64,000 nt of DNA from Nitrospirota bacterium (GTDB lineage Bacteria > Nitrospirota > UBA9217), in the NCBI GenBank assembly GCA_963818475.1, contig CAWFSF010000006.1:960001-1024000 (forward strand), read 5' to 3'. A model generated the notes under the pieces. The model was not told the origin of the DNA and did not search any database. It was given only the letters and a program-made list of their open reading frames with translations. A program made the translations under genes and the position numbers. Below are positions 47,958 through 58,280 of this stretch, in pieces. Numbering within the stretch: position 1 is the stretch's first letter; each line of letters opens with the position of its first letter.

Positions 47958-49265
47958 ATGAGATTTATAGTATCTATTCTGCTTATTGTTGCGGCAATGG
48001 TCATACTGCTGCTCGTTGAATTCAACCAGGGCATGATCACGATCAGCCTCCTGCCCTCCAAGACCTACGAACTATCCAAGTCATCGTTCTTCCTCATCTC
48101 TCTGGCCGCTGGCGCAGGTCTCGTCTTTTTGCTGTATTTTACGCGAGATGTCCGGCGGTTTCTGGGCGGTCTCAAATTCCAGCGGGATCAGAAAAAACAG
48201 GCACGTATCCAGGAACTCTATACCAAAGGGCTGAACTCCCTGCTGGCCAAACGGAACCCGGAAGCGACCTCGTTTTTCCAAAAAGTGCTTTCGATAAATC
48301 CGAACCATGTGGATACGCTGCTTCGCATGGGGATCACGCAGCTCCGTCTGAAGAATCCGCACGAGGCTATCCGGCTGCACCAAAAAGCACTCTCTCTGGA
48401 CAGCAACAATCCTGAAGTACTGTTCTCGCTCGCCGCCGATTATGAAGAGGCGAAGCGTTATGATGATGCGCTGAAGGTGTATAAGGAGATCCTTTCCCGG
48501 GATTCGTCAAACCTGTCCGCGCTGATCAGGATGCGTGACCTCTATCAGCGGCTGAACCAGTGGGAAGAGCTGTATGCGACCCAGCGCCAGCTGTTGTCCA
48601 ATCACTTGTCGGCCTCGGAACAGGAGGTGGAGCATAGAAAATTCGTCGGCTTCAAGTACGAGTTCGGACGCTCCCTGCTCGAGTCTGGAGACCTGGAGCG
48701 GGCAAAAAAGATATTCCGCGGCGTGATCAAACTTGACAAGGATTTTATCCCCGGCTATCTCGGTCTCGGCGAGGTCTATCTGGAGGAGCGGAAACCGAAG
48801 GAAGCCGCTGAATTGTGGGAAAAGGCATACAAAATGACCTCCTCGAACCTGCTCCTGCTCCGTCTCGAGGACCTCTACCTGAAGCAGGGTGAGCCGGGAA
48901 AGGCCATCGAAATTTACACGCAGGCTGTTTCGTGGAAGCCTCAGGACATCGCGCTCAAGTTCTTCCTCGGCAAGCTCTACTATCGTCTTGAGATGATCGA
49001 CGAGGCATTCGACACACTGTCGTCCGTGGACTGGGGAGACAAGGAACTGCCCGATGTCCATAAACTGCTCGGCAACATCTATCTGCGCAGGGGTTCGCTT
49101 GGCCTGGCGGCAACGGAGTTCAAAAAAGCGCTTGGATTCCGCAAGCAGATCATCATTCCCTATGTCTGTTCAAGCTGCGCACTGAAGACGACAGAATGGA
49201 CAGGGCGCTGCCCGAACTGCGGCAAATGGAACACCTTTGAGGTCAATTTGGAGAAAACCTGCTAG
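47958..49265 (+). CDS. LapA/LapB-like protein: N-terminal TMs, TPRs, C-terminal rubredoxin-type Zn ribbon
   Basis: TPR repeats; CSSC...W.GRCPNCGKW. Confidence 0.82.
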   Translation: MRFIVSILLIVAAMVILLLVEFNQGMITISLLPSKTYELSKSSFFLISLAAGAGLVFLLYFTRDVRRFLGGLKFQRDQKKQARIQELYTKGLNSLLAKRNPEATSFFQKVLSINPNHVDTLLRMGITQLRLKNPHEAIRLHQKALSLDSNNPEVLFSLAADYEEAKRYDDALKVYKEILSRDSSNLSALIRMRDLYQRLNQWEELYATQRQLLSNHLSASEQEVEHRKFVGFKYEFGRSLLESGDLERAKKIFRGVIKLDKDFIPGYLGLGEVYLEERKPKEAAELWEKAYKMTSSNLLLLRLEDLYLKQGEPGKAIEIYTQAVSWKPQDIALKFFLGKLYYRLEMIDEAFDTLSSVDWGDKELPDVHKLLGNIYLRRGSLGLAATEFKKALGFRKQIIIPYVCSSCALKTTEWTGRCPNCGKWNTFEVNLEKTC

Positions 49266-49436
49266 CTTATTTTGGCGGACCGACTGCCACGCTCCTTGCA
49301 ACTACCCCCCTCTCAGGTATCTCATCGGACAGTTCAGCCGCGCACTGCGATTGCTTCCCGTTGACAGTCTGATGTTTTGCGAGATATGCGGTTCTGCCGG
49401 CATGTCCAGAGCCCGCTTTATTAGTGAGGAAATTTG

Positions 49437-50981
49437 ATGCAAGATAAAAACGTTGTCCTGGTCGTGCTCGACGGATGGGGCATCAACGCACATAAAGACG
49501 GAAATGCCATCGCTTCTGCGCAGGCGCCGGTCTATAAGAAGCTGGTCACGGAGCACCCGCATACTGCGCTCAGCGCCTCAGGAGAGGCTGTTGGGCTGCC
49601 TGACGGCCAGATGGGAAACTCCGAGGTCGGCCACCTGAACCTTGGGGCCGGGAGGGTCGTGTACCAGGACTCCACCCGGATCAGTAAAGCGATCAGGGAC
49701 GGCGAGTTCTTTAAGAATGCGGTTCTCCTTTCCGCCATGGAGCAGGTGAAAAAGAGCGGCGGCGCGCTCCATCTCATGGGGTTGCTCTCTGATGGCGGTG
49801 TGCACAGCCGCATGGACCACCTGTATGCGATGCTTGACCTGGCAAAGTCCCAGGGTATCACAAAAGTATTTTTTCATGCGTTCCTCGATGGCCGGGATAC
49901 GCCTCCTTCGAGCGCTTTGGGCTACATCAGTGCGCTTGAGGAGCACTTGAGCAAGATCGGTATCGGGGCGATCGCGACGATCTCGGGACGGTACTACGCG
50001 ATGGACCGTGATAAACGCTGGGACCGCGTGAAAAAAACATACGAGGCAATGGTCCTGGCAGAGGGGATGCGCCAATTCTCCGCAGCCGAAGCCGTGCAGC
50101 AGAGCTATGAAAACGGCAAGACCGACGAATTTCTGATTCCCACGGTGATCCTGGATAAAAGCTCGCATGGACCGATCGGCCCCATCCAGGACGGCGATGG
50201 GATTATCTTCTGCAATTTCCGTTCTGACCGCGCCCGTGAGATCACCCAGGCGCTCACCGCAGCCGAGTTTCAGGGGTTCAGCCGCGCCAGAGCGCCCAGG
50301 CTCGCAAGCTTTGTCTGCCTCACCACCTATGATGAGTCGTTCGACCTCCCGGTGGCGTTCGCGCCCATGCGTTTGACCCACATCCTGGGCGAGGTTCTGA
50401 GCAGCCGGGGGGTGCGGCAACTGCGCATCGCCGAGACCGAAAAGTACGCCCATGTGACGTTCTTCTTTAACGGCGGGGAGGAGGCCCCCTTTCCCCTTGA
50501 GGACCGTATCCTGATACCGTCACCCCGTGATGTGGCCACCTACGATAAAAAACCGGAAATGAGCGCGCGCGAGTTGACGGACGCACTGGTAAAGAATATT
50601 CTGTCACGCCAGTATGGTTTTATCCTGGCAAATTTCGCCAATCCCGACATGGTCGGCCATACGGGTGTGATGGAGGCTGCCGTAAAGACTGTCGAAGTGC
50701 TGGATGAGTGCTTGGGCCGGGTGTTGCAGGCTGCACACGATACGGGAACGGTGGTGGCCATCACTGCCGACCATGGGAACATCGAACAAATGAAGGACCC
50801 CGAGAACGGCCAGCCTTTTACTGCACACTCCACCAATAGGGTGCCTTTTATTCTGGTCGGAGAGAAGGTACGGCTGAAAGAGGGGGGGCTGCTGGCCGAT
50901 GTAGCGCCCACGGTGCTCGCGCTTAAAAAAATAGTAAAACCGGACGAAATGACGGGCAATAATCTGATCCTTGACGCATAA
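49437..50981 (+). CDS. gpmI: 2,3-bisphosphoglycerate-independent phosphoglycerate mutase
   Basis: LDGWG, MGNSEVGH, GRYYAMDRD, NPDMVGHTG, ADHGN. Confidence 0.97.
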   Translation: MQDKNVVLVVLDGWGINAHKDGNAIASAQAPVYKKLVTEHPHTALSASGEAVGLPDGQMGNSEVGHLNLGAGRVVYQDSTRISKAIRDGEFFKNAVLLSAMEQVKKSGGALHLMGLLSDGGVHSRMDHLYAMLDLAKSQGITKVFFHAFLDGRDTPPSSALGYISALEEHLSKIGIGAIATISGRYYAMDRDKRWDRVKKTYEAMVLAEGMRQFSAAEAVQQSYENGKTDEFLIPTVILDKSSHGPIGPIQDGDGIIFCNFRSDRAREITQALTAAEFQGFSRARAPRLASFVCLTTYDESFDLPVAFAPMRLTHILGEVLSSRGVRQLRIAETEKYAHVTFFFNGGEEAPFPLEDRILIPSPRDVATYDKKPEMSARELTDALVKNILSRQYGFILANFANPDMVGHTGVMEAAVKTVEVLDECLGRVLQAAHDTGTVVAITADHGNIEQMKDPENGQPFTAHSTNRVPFILVGEKVRLKEGGLLADVAPTVLALKKIVKPDEMTGNNLILDA

Positions 50982-51054
50982 AAATGCCTGTCTGCTGCCT
51001 CTTCTGAAATGGTCTTACGCATGTGTTGCATTATAACGGAAGTTCCACAGAGGA

Positions 51055-51786
51055 GTGCAGATCATGCATCTGCTCCGTCGCTTTCTCGACCTTGTACTGC
51101 CTTCATCATGCGCCTATTGCAGCTCTCCGGTCGGGGATTCAGGGGTCCCGTTCTTCTGCTCCACCTGCTGGAACGATTTTTCAGTGCTCCCTGGCCCGTT
51201 CTGTCCCTCCTGCGGCAAGCCCTTTGACTCCCCCGAGGCGTTGATCCACAGCCCGGACCACGAGTGCCATGCCTGCAGGCTGGAGCCTCCCCGTTTTGAC
51301 CAGGCGTTGTCCGTTGGATATTTCGAGGGATCTCTCCGGGAGGCGGTCCACCAGTTCAAATATCGGCCCTGTCAGGCTCTTGGCAAGCCACTCGGCGTCT
51401 GGATGTGCGGGAACCTTCGCGTGCTGACCTCCATCGATATCATCATGCCGGTGCCGCTTCACAGATCGAGACTGAGGCAGCGCGGATTCAATCAGGCGCT
51501 TCTTCTTGCCCATCCGCTCAGTATGGCCGGCGATATATCGCTTTGCTATGACAACCTCTGGAGGATACGGCCGACGAGACCGCAGGTGGAGCTTTCCGGC
51601 AAAGACCGCGTCAGGAATGTTGCCGGTGCATTCGCCCTTCGGCGTCCGCTGGATGTCTCCGGCCTGTCCGTTCTTCTTGTTGATGATGTGTTCACCACCG
51701 GCGCTACTTTGAATGAGTGCGCGGATGTCCTTAAAAATGCCGGTGCCGCTTCAGTAAATGCATTGACGCTCGCCCGCGCACTCTGA
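51055..51786 (+). CDS. comF: ComF family protein (Zn ribbon plus phosphoribosyltransferase)
   Basis: CxxC pairs, PVPLH..RGFNQ, LVDDVFTTGAT. Confidence 0.92.
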   Translation: MQIMHLLRRFLDLVLPSSCAYCSSPVGDSGVPFFCSTCWNDFSVLPGPFCPSCGKPFDSPEALIHSPDHECHACRLEPPRFDQALSVGYFEGSLREAVHQFKYRPCQALGKPLGVWMCGNLRVLTSIDIIMPVPLHRSRLRQRGFNQALLLAHPLSMAGDISLCYDNLWRIRPTRPQVELSGKDRVRNVAGAFALRRPLDVSGLSVLLVDDVFTTGATLNECADVLKNAGAASVNALTLARAL

Positions 51787-51858
51787 TCGTTCAACAGAGC
51801 GGTATGCACGAGGTACAGTTTTGTGCACCATAGTTTTTCGAACAGAAGGAGCAGGGTA

Positions 51859-53244
51859 ATGCCAAGAGGTCTAGCGGTTCTTTTTCTGATGTGCCTCATT
51901 GCAGGTTCCATTGGTTGTGCTGCACCGCGTCATGCACCACGTTACTTTGACGCCAGCAATCCGGTTCAGAAGGTTGCCCTTCTTCCCCTGAAGAATGACA
52001 CCTCGGATGTCGACGGGCCCGAGCTTATGAGAAAAAAGATGTCCGATATGCTCTACGAACACGCTTATGTTGTCATGGACACCAGGGAGAGCGATCAGAT
52101 CCTGCGGGACCGTATGGGGATCACGCTCGGCGGCCAACTGGACATGACCACAGCCCAGAAACTGGGCGAAGAACTGGGCGTGCAAGGCGTTCTCTATGGG
52201 ACCCTGATGGACTTTGGTGAAACGACGACCGGGTTCTACAACGTCAGGAAGGTGAGGGCAACGTTCAAGCTGGTTAATACCGTGACCGGTCAACCCGTCT
52301 GGCAGGGCGGACTCGGCGTCAAAAGTGAAGTGCAGATGGCCGGCCGGACCGGCGGAGCGGCTACGTTGCTTGGGCGTGCCTCTGACGCGCGCGACAAGGA
52401 GGTCCCCTGGGTCATCATCGACAGCGTGAGGACCAACGACTCGAATCTGGGGCATAACCTGGCGTTCAATCTGGGGGCAAAGCTTCTGACCAAGACAATG
52501 GGCATTCACCTTGATTTTGAAGCAACCCAGCTGGCGAAACGGGTCACGCAAAACCTGCCCTGGGGGCCCGGACCGGAGGCCGTTGCAATGGCCGGGGCTG
52601 CTCCAGAAGGACGGCTTAATCGGGCGCCCGGGATGAGCATGCCGGAGCCGCCGATATTCACCTATCTCGACTATGGAAAAATGAGTTTCTCCGCAAATCT
52701 CATTTATACTGCTACCAATAATAAGGACAACAATACTTCCCGCATGGAAATCCCCTTTGCGCGGTCAGGAGAAAAACTCAGAATGGAGATGGATCTGGCA
52801 GCCATGGCTCCGAGTGGAACACTGCCGCAAGCCATGAGCAAAATGACGACCATACGCCGTGGCGACAAGAAAGTCAGCTATACCCTGTATCCGAACGCGA
52901 AAAGATACCTTGCCCGATCGGAGGCGGCTGACAATAAGGACCAGAAAGAAATGCCGGTCATTGAAAAGAAAAGGATCGGTAGTGAGGTAATTGACAAACA
53001 CCGCACGGACAAGTATAAAGTAATGATACGCTATCGCAACGGAAGGGTCGAGGAGGGATTTATCTGGAACGCCAAGGACCTGGACGAGTTGACCATCCGG
53101 AGCGAGGTCGAGAACAGCGATTGCCGTACCACCATGGAGTTTAAAAATATTGTACTCAAGACGCCGGCAGCCTCATTGTTCGAGGTCCCGAGCGATTATA
53201 CTGAAGCCCAGAATGCCATGGAACTGATGATGGATGCAAAGTGA
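51859..53244 (+). CDS. Lipoprotein (DUF799/GNA1162-like N-terminus, DUF4412-like C-terminus)
   Basis: Lipobox-like SIGC; VALLPLKN, LGEELGVQGVLYG; C-terminal LFEVPSDY. Confidence 0.7.
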   Translation: MPRGLAVLFLMCLIAGSIGCAAPRHAPRYFDASNPVQKVALLPLKNDTSDVDGPELMRKKMSDMLYEHAYVVMDTRESDQILRDRMGITLGGQLDMTTAQKLGEELGVQGVLYGTLMDFGETTTGFYNVRKVRATFKLVNTVTGQPVWQGGLGVKSEVQMAGRTGGAATLLGRASDARDKEVPWVIIDSVRTNDSNLGHNLAFNLGAKLLTKTMGIHLDFEATQLAKRVTQNLPWGPGPEAVAMAGAAPEGRLNRAPGMSMPEPPIFTYLDYGKMSFSANLIYTATNNKDNNTSRMEIPFARSGEKLRMEMDLAAMAPSGTLPQAMSKMTTIRRGDKKVSYTLYPNAKRYLARSEAADNKDQKEMPVIEKKRIGSEVIDKHRTDKYKVMIRYRNGRVEEGFIWNAKDLDELTIRSEVENSDCRTTMEFKNIVLKTPAASLFEVPSDYTEAQNAMELMMDAK

Positions 53245-53287
53245 ACAGCGTGCGCAGGCACGAATCCGCAGGCGGAGGAGAGACATT

Positions 53288-54268
53288 ATGAATAAAATGA
53301 GGCACGTAACCACTATCATGCTGTTGGTCGTATCGCTCGTACTGACACTGAGTACCCAGAGCGGTTGTGCGTCAATGTCGGGTGCGGTGAAGGATGATAC
53401 CACTCGAACCAAGACCTCAAAAGAACTTCCCCAGTCAAGCACGGTATCCGATTATAAAGGCCCGAAACTCAGAGTCGGCGTAGTCAATTTCCAGAACAAA
53501 ACCCCTTCGCGGGTCCTCGGGATCGGTGAAGCTGCTGCTGATGTTCTGGGTACCATCCTGCAGAGAACCGACCGGTTCATCGTCATTCCCCAGCAGGACC
53601 TGGATTCCATCCTGGAACAGCAGCGTATGGGGGCTACGGGTACGATCAATCCGGAGACAGCCGCTGAAATGGGGAAAATTCTTGGGCTGAATGCGATCGT
53701 GACGGGCGCTGTTACGGCTTATTCCGAAGCAGAAGAGGGCAGCGATTTTATCGTCGGCAGGAGCAAGACGCAGATCGCACGGGTGACCGTTGATTACCGC
53801 ATTGTCGACACGACTACGGGCGTCCAGCTGATGGCTGATTCCGGGGCGGGAGAATATCGAAAAAAGGTCATGACCGTGCTTGGTGCCGGAAGCAAAGCCA
53901 GCTATGATTCCGACCTCCGTGACGGTGCGCTCAGGGATGCCCTGAACAAGGCCATGGTCAATATGATGCAGAAACTGGGATCCAGAAAATGGAACGGAAG
54001 GATCGCCCAGGTTGACGGCAACAGCCTCTATATTAACGCAGGCCAAAAAAGCGGTTTGAATGTGGGAGACAAACTTGATGTGTTCAGGCCGGGCAAGGAG
54101 ATCATTGATCCTGTCACCAAAATGAAACTGGGAACAACCGAGAGCAGGATCGGTCAGGCCATTGTTCAGCAGAATGATATCGGCGACTCCGCGGACCTTT
54201 CCATAGCAGCGCCGACCTCCGGAACAGGTTTCAGGGCCGGCGATATCGTAAAGCTTGGGACAAAGTAG
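53288..54268 (+). CDS. CsgG/HfaB-family lipoprotein with a FlgT-like C-terminus
   Basis: VGVVNFQN, LD.IL.QQ, A..GKILG, RIVDTTTG, YINAG...GL.VGD. Confidence 0.82.
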   Translation: MNKMRHVTTIMLLVVSLVLTLSTQSGCASMSGAVKDDTTRTKTSKELPQSSTVSDYKGPKLRVGVVNFQNKTPSRVLGIGEAAADVLGTILQRTDRFIVIPQQDLDSILEQQRMGATGTINPETAAEMGKILGLNAIVTGAVTAYSEAEEGSDFIVGRSKTQIARVTVDYRIVDTTTGVQLMADSGAGEYRKKVMTVLGAGSKASYDSDLRDGALRDALNKAMVNMMQKLGSRKWNGRIAQVDGNSLYINAGQKSGLNVGDKLDVFRPGKEIIDPVTKMKLGTTESRIGQAIVQQNDIGDSADLSIAAPTSGTGFRAGDIVKLGTK

Positions 54269-54471
54269 CCTGACGGTCAACGGTGCGGCTGAGAGCAGTT
54301 GGACACGGATACCAGAAGTAGGAGCTTCTAAAACGAAATCGGATAAGAGCCGGATAACGAAGGATTTTTTTGATACGAGGTTCACCTAATAAGTGAATGC
54401 TTTAGAATTTATCCGTGTTAATCAGATATTCATCCGCCTCTTCCGTGTTCAAAAATAGTTGTTTTAGAATT

Positions 54472-54507
54472 GGCCGCCCGTTGCTATCGGGCGGCCTTTT
54501 ATTTTTC
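54472..54507 (+). terminator. Intrinsic terminator
   Basis: GGCCGCCCG...CGGGCGGCC followed by TTTTATTTTT. Confidence 0.75.
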
Positions 54508-54524
54508 TGACAGATGAATTGGGC

Positions 54525-54579
54525 TTGACGCGGGAATGCAGACATGATATAAATGTGAAAATTGAAAATGGTTATCAAT
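54525..54579 (+). promoter_or_regulatory. sigma70 promoter and Fur-box-like palindrome upstream of fur
   Basis: TTGACG, 17 bp spacer, TATAAA (extended TG); ATTGAAAATGGTTATCAAT at 54561-54579. Confidence 0.75.
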
Positions 54580-54587
54580 ATCAAACT

Positions 54588-55028
54588 ATGCGGAAAAAAC
54601 CGACAGAGCATCTGACCGAGTATCTCGCTGTAAAAGGGCTCAAATCGACATCGCAACGCGATAAAATCCTGAAGGTTTTTGTCGATTCCGGACAACACCT
54701 GAGTGCTGAAGAGCTTTTTCTCAGGGTGAAGAAGCTCCATCCCGGCATTGGGTATGCCACGGTGTACCGGACGCTGAAACTTCTTGCTGAAGCGGGGCTT
54801 GCACAGGAACGACGATTCGAAGATGGTTTCACCCGTTACGAACATGCGAACACTGATACGCACCACGACCACCTCATTTGCACACGGTGCGGTGCCATCA
54901 TCGAGTTCGAAAATGAACGAATTGAACAGCTCCAGCAAGACGTAGCCAAAAAGAACCGGTTTAAGGTTCAAACGCATAAGCTGGAACTGTACGGGCTCTG
55001 TGCAGAATGCCAGGAGAAAAAGAACTAA
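54588..55028 (+). CDS. fur: Ferric uptake regulator family protein
   Basis: HLSAEEL, ATVYRTLKLL, HHDHLICTRCG, GLCAEC. Confidence 0.93.
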   Translation: MRKKPTEHLTEYLAVKGLKSTSQRDKILKVFVDSGQHLSAEELFLRVKKLHPGIGYATVYRTLKLLAEAGLAQERRFEDGFTRYEHANTDTHHDHLICTRCGAIIEFENERIEQLQQDVAKKNRFKVQTHKLELYGLCAECQEKKN

Positions 55029-56128
55029 TACAAACGCACTAAGTAATGTTACAAAGTCGCCTGATTTTGTGCTTTGACCACGAGTCAAGCGTCCTCTGGA
55101 CCGTTGCCCAGATTGCATCAAGGTTTTCGAACCACCGGTTGGTGGTTGATTCATAGCGAATCTGTCGCCATATCCGTTCCTGCATATTCAAAGCAGGCTG
55201 ATATGGAGGTAAGTACACAATCCGGAGTCGCTTATGTTTTCGGAGGAACTCCCAGATCGGATCACCCTTATGCCAACGAGCGCGGTCAACATACAGCCAG
55301 ATAGTGTAGCCGCGAAGCTGGCTATAAAGGTGCCGCAGCACTTTGAGAAAGCCTTCTCGGTTGCCACGTTCCGTTTGGATCAAGCCGGCACGACCCAGAA
55401 GAGGAGCCACCCAGCCGGAAACATTCAAACGTTTCTGATGCTGGCTGGTTGTTGGAACTTTCAGCCGTTTTCCGATAAGTGCCCAGACGCGCCCAAGCCG
55501 AGGGTGCAGAGTAAAACCGCATTCGTCCTGAAAGACCACGGTTTCTTTAAGACCCAGCTTTTTGAGTTTTTTTTAGATTCCGGGCGAATTTCTTCGCGTC
55601 TTCTGCCTTTGCCTGGAGATAAACGTGATTTGCACGTTTTAACCGATACCCAAGTTGGTGCATCCAGTATTGGGCCTGACGAACTTTCAGTTTTATCCCG
55701 AACTGGCGCTGTAAATGGGTTGCCAAAGTGGGGCCATCCCATCGAACACGATTTAAGCCAAACTTCTGGGGCGATTCCTCCAGTTGAAGCTCTAGCTGAG
55801 CTACAACCTTAGGAGTCATCCGAACTGGACGGCCTGACTGCTTTTTCGGGACAAGGGCTTCTACTCCGTCCTTGTTTACCGCCCGCGTCCAGCGGTTTAC
55901 ATTCATCCGGGTCTGGCCGAGGACCTCTGAGATCCACCCCGGTCGTTGCCCTTCCAGTACCAAGAGAAGGGTGGCTATCTTTATGCCGATCCATGCGCCC
56001 GGCACCTTCTCTGCAAGTGCCAGTAATTGCTCTTTGGACACCTTGATTGGGCTTAAAGGGGACGTTTTCATTCCCCCAACATAACATAAATGAAGGTTAA
56101 AATGTAACAATATTTACTGCGTTTGTAT
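55028..56128 (-). mobile_element. IS630-family insertion sequence
   Basis: Terminal inverted repeats 55025-55053 and 56103-56131 (3 mismatches in 29, counted including the target bases); TA duplication within a CTAG target. Confidence 0.93.
55039..56071 (-). CDS. IS630 transposase (HTH orfA and DDE orfB joined by a frameshift at an A-tract)
   Basis: orfA has a winged HTH. orfB has FQDECG, VDRARWH, LPPYQPALN.QE.IW. An A8 run lies near 55566-55573. Confidence 0.9.
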
Positions 56129-56188
56129 TAGATCTACAGGTGAGATGAAATAGGTTTTAAGTTTATTGAAAGCGAGGATGTCTGCCGC

Positions 56189-58174
56189 ATGCATGACCAT
56201 GGCTCTACTAAAAGCGACCACTACCGCAACTCCAACCTGCATAAGGTTCTTCTTATCGGCAATCCGAATGTGGGAAAAAGTGCGCTTTTTGGCCTGCTCA
56301 CCGGGACCTATGTCACTGTTTCCAATTACCCGGGGACTACGGTTGAAGTGACCTACGGGAACGCTGAATTGAACAAAATACGAACACTCGTGATCGACAC
56401 ACCCGGTGTGAACAGCCTGATTCCCATGTCGGAAGATGAAAAGGTCACCCGGGATATTCTTCTCACGGATAAAGCTGGTGTCGTGGTCCAGGTTGCCGAT
56501 ACCAAAAATCTTCGACGAGGTCTTCTGATAACGCTTCAACTTGCGGAGATGTCGGTTCCCTTTATTCTGGACCTGAACATGGATGATGAGGCCAGAAGCC
56601 GCGGCATCGTTATTGACCAGAACAGGCTTTCAGAACTCCTCGGCATCGAAGTGGTCAAAACCGTTGCCATACGGCGCAGCGGCATTGATAAACTGTTAAA
56701 AGGCATCCAGCATCCCCGGCCATCGATCATCGATGTGCGTTATGACGATGCCATAGAGGGGGGAGTGAGGGATATTTCGTCTCTCCTGCCGGAAGCGTAC
56801 ATAGCGCGGCGGGCGCTTGCGCTTATGATCCTGTCAGGAGACGAGAGCCTGAATGCATGGCTCCATGCGAACATGCAGGACCATGTGATCGCCGAGATAG
56901 AAAGGATCAGGCAGGCTGTCCAGTCAAAATTCAATAACTCACTTGGTTATCTGATCAACCAGCGCCGAATGAAAAAAGCCGACGAGATCCTGGCGCAGGT
57001 CCTGACCCGTCACGAAGCCGGAAAGAGTTCTGCTGTTGCTTTCAACATCGGCAGGTGGTCCATGCATCCGGTCTATGGGTTGCCGATCCTTCTGGGGGTC
57101 CTGTATATCGTGTATCAGTTTGTCGGCGTTCTGGGCGCAGGCACTGCTGTCAATTTTCTGGAAAAGACCGTTTTCGGCGTCTATTTGAACCCCTGGGCCA
57201 TCAAGATCGTTCATTTTATTCTGCCGGTCCCGTTCCTGCAGGAAATGATCGTTGGAGATTATGGACTTTTTACCATGGCGCTTACGTATGCCATCGCCAT
57301 CGTTCTGCCGATCGTGGGGTTCTTCTTCATCGCGTTCGGTCTGCTGGAAGACTCGGGATATCTTCCGAGACTCGCCGTTATGGTGAACAGGGTGTTCAAG
57401 ATCATGGGGTTGAACGGCAAAGCGGTACTGCCGATGATCCTCGGCCTGGGATGCGATACCATGGCAACGCTCACGACCCGTATTCTGGAGACCAAGAAGG
57501 AACGAATTCTCGTGACGCTCCTTCTGGCGCTCGGAGTTCCCTGTTCAGCACAACTGGGCGTGATCCTTGGACTGGTTGCCGGGCTTTCGGGCCTGGCAAC
57601 GATTATCTGGCTCGGTACGCTTCTGGCGGTCATACTGCTCGTGGGCTATCTTGCGGCAAAGATCATTCCTGGAGAACCATCGGATTTTGTCCTCGAACTG
57701 CCGCCTATACGAGTTCCGCAACTGGCCAACATCATGGTAAAAACCCTTGCGCGCGTGCAGTGGTACCTGAAGGAAGCTGTGCCGCTGTTTATGCTCGGTA
57801 CGTTCATCCTGTTTATTGCTCATAAAGTGGGTGCTCTCGCGTATATCCAGGCGATGACCGACCCGATCGTGGTCAATTTCCTTGGTCTGCCGAGCAGGGC
57901 TGCAGAAGCCTTTGTCATTGGATTTTTGCGTCGAGATTATGGAGCTGCAGGGCTTTTTATGCTTGCCAAGGAGGGTTTGCTTGACCCCATCCAGATCGTG
58001 GTGAGTCTTACGGTAATGACTTTGTTCGTGCCGTGCATCGCCAACTTTTTCATGATGGCCAAAGAACGCGGCATGAAAACGGCGCTGTATATGGTTGCCT
58101 TTATCTTCCCCTTTGCCTTTGCAGTAGGGGGGGCGCTGAACTGGGTGCTCAGGACCTTCGACATACAATTGTGA
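56189..58174 (+). CDS. feoB: Ferrous iron transporter B
   Basis: GNPNVGKS, NYPGTTV, DTPG, LEDSGYLPR, PCSAQ, gate TMs. Confidence 0.96.
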   Translation: MHDHGSTKSDHYRNSNLHKVLLIGNPNVGKSALFGLLTGTYVTVSNYPGTTVEVTYGNAELNKIRTLVIDTPGVNSLIPMSEDEKVTRDILLTDKAGVVVQVADTKNLRRGLLITLQLAEMSVPFILDLNMDDEARSRGIVIDQNRLSELLGIEVVKTVAIRRSGIDKLLKGIQHPRPSIIDVRYDDAIEGGVRDISSLLPEAYIARRALALMILSGDESLNAWLHANMQDHVIAEIERIRQAVQSKFNNSLGYLINQRRMKKADEILAQVLTRHEAGKSSAVAFNIGRWSMHPVYGLPILLGVLYIVYQFVGVLGAGTAVNFLEKTVFGVYLNPWAIKIVHFILPVPFLQEMIVGDYGLFTMALTYAIAIVLPIVGFFFIAFGLLEDSGYLPRLAVMVNRVFKIMGLNGKAVLPMILGLGCDTMATLTTRILETKKERILVTLLLALGVPCSAQLGVILGLVAGLSGLATIIWLGTLLAVILLVGYLAAKIIPGEPSDFVLELPPIRVPQLANIMVKTLARVQWYLKEAVPLFMLGTFILFIAHKVGALAYIQAMTDPIVVNFLGLPSRAAEAFVIGFLRRDYGAAGLFMLAKEGLLDPIQIVVSLTVMTLFVPCIANFFMMAKERGMKTALYMVAFIFPFAFAVGGALNWVLRTFDIQL

Positions 58175-58280
58175 AAAAAGTGATTCAGTATATGCAGGAC
58201 GAGCTGATCCCGTGTCATAATACTGATTTTGAACTGATTGATGCATCACTTGTTTCTACGATCATGAGGAGGGATTAGCC

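Noticed and set aside
41777-54385. Long antisense ORFs (41777..42685, 49578..50453, 53435..54385 and similar)
   Set aside because: Shadow frames of well-supported genes in GC-rich coding DNA
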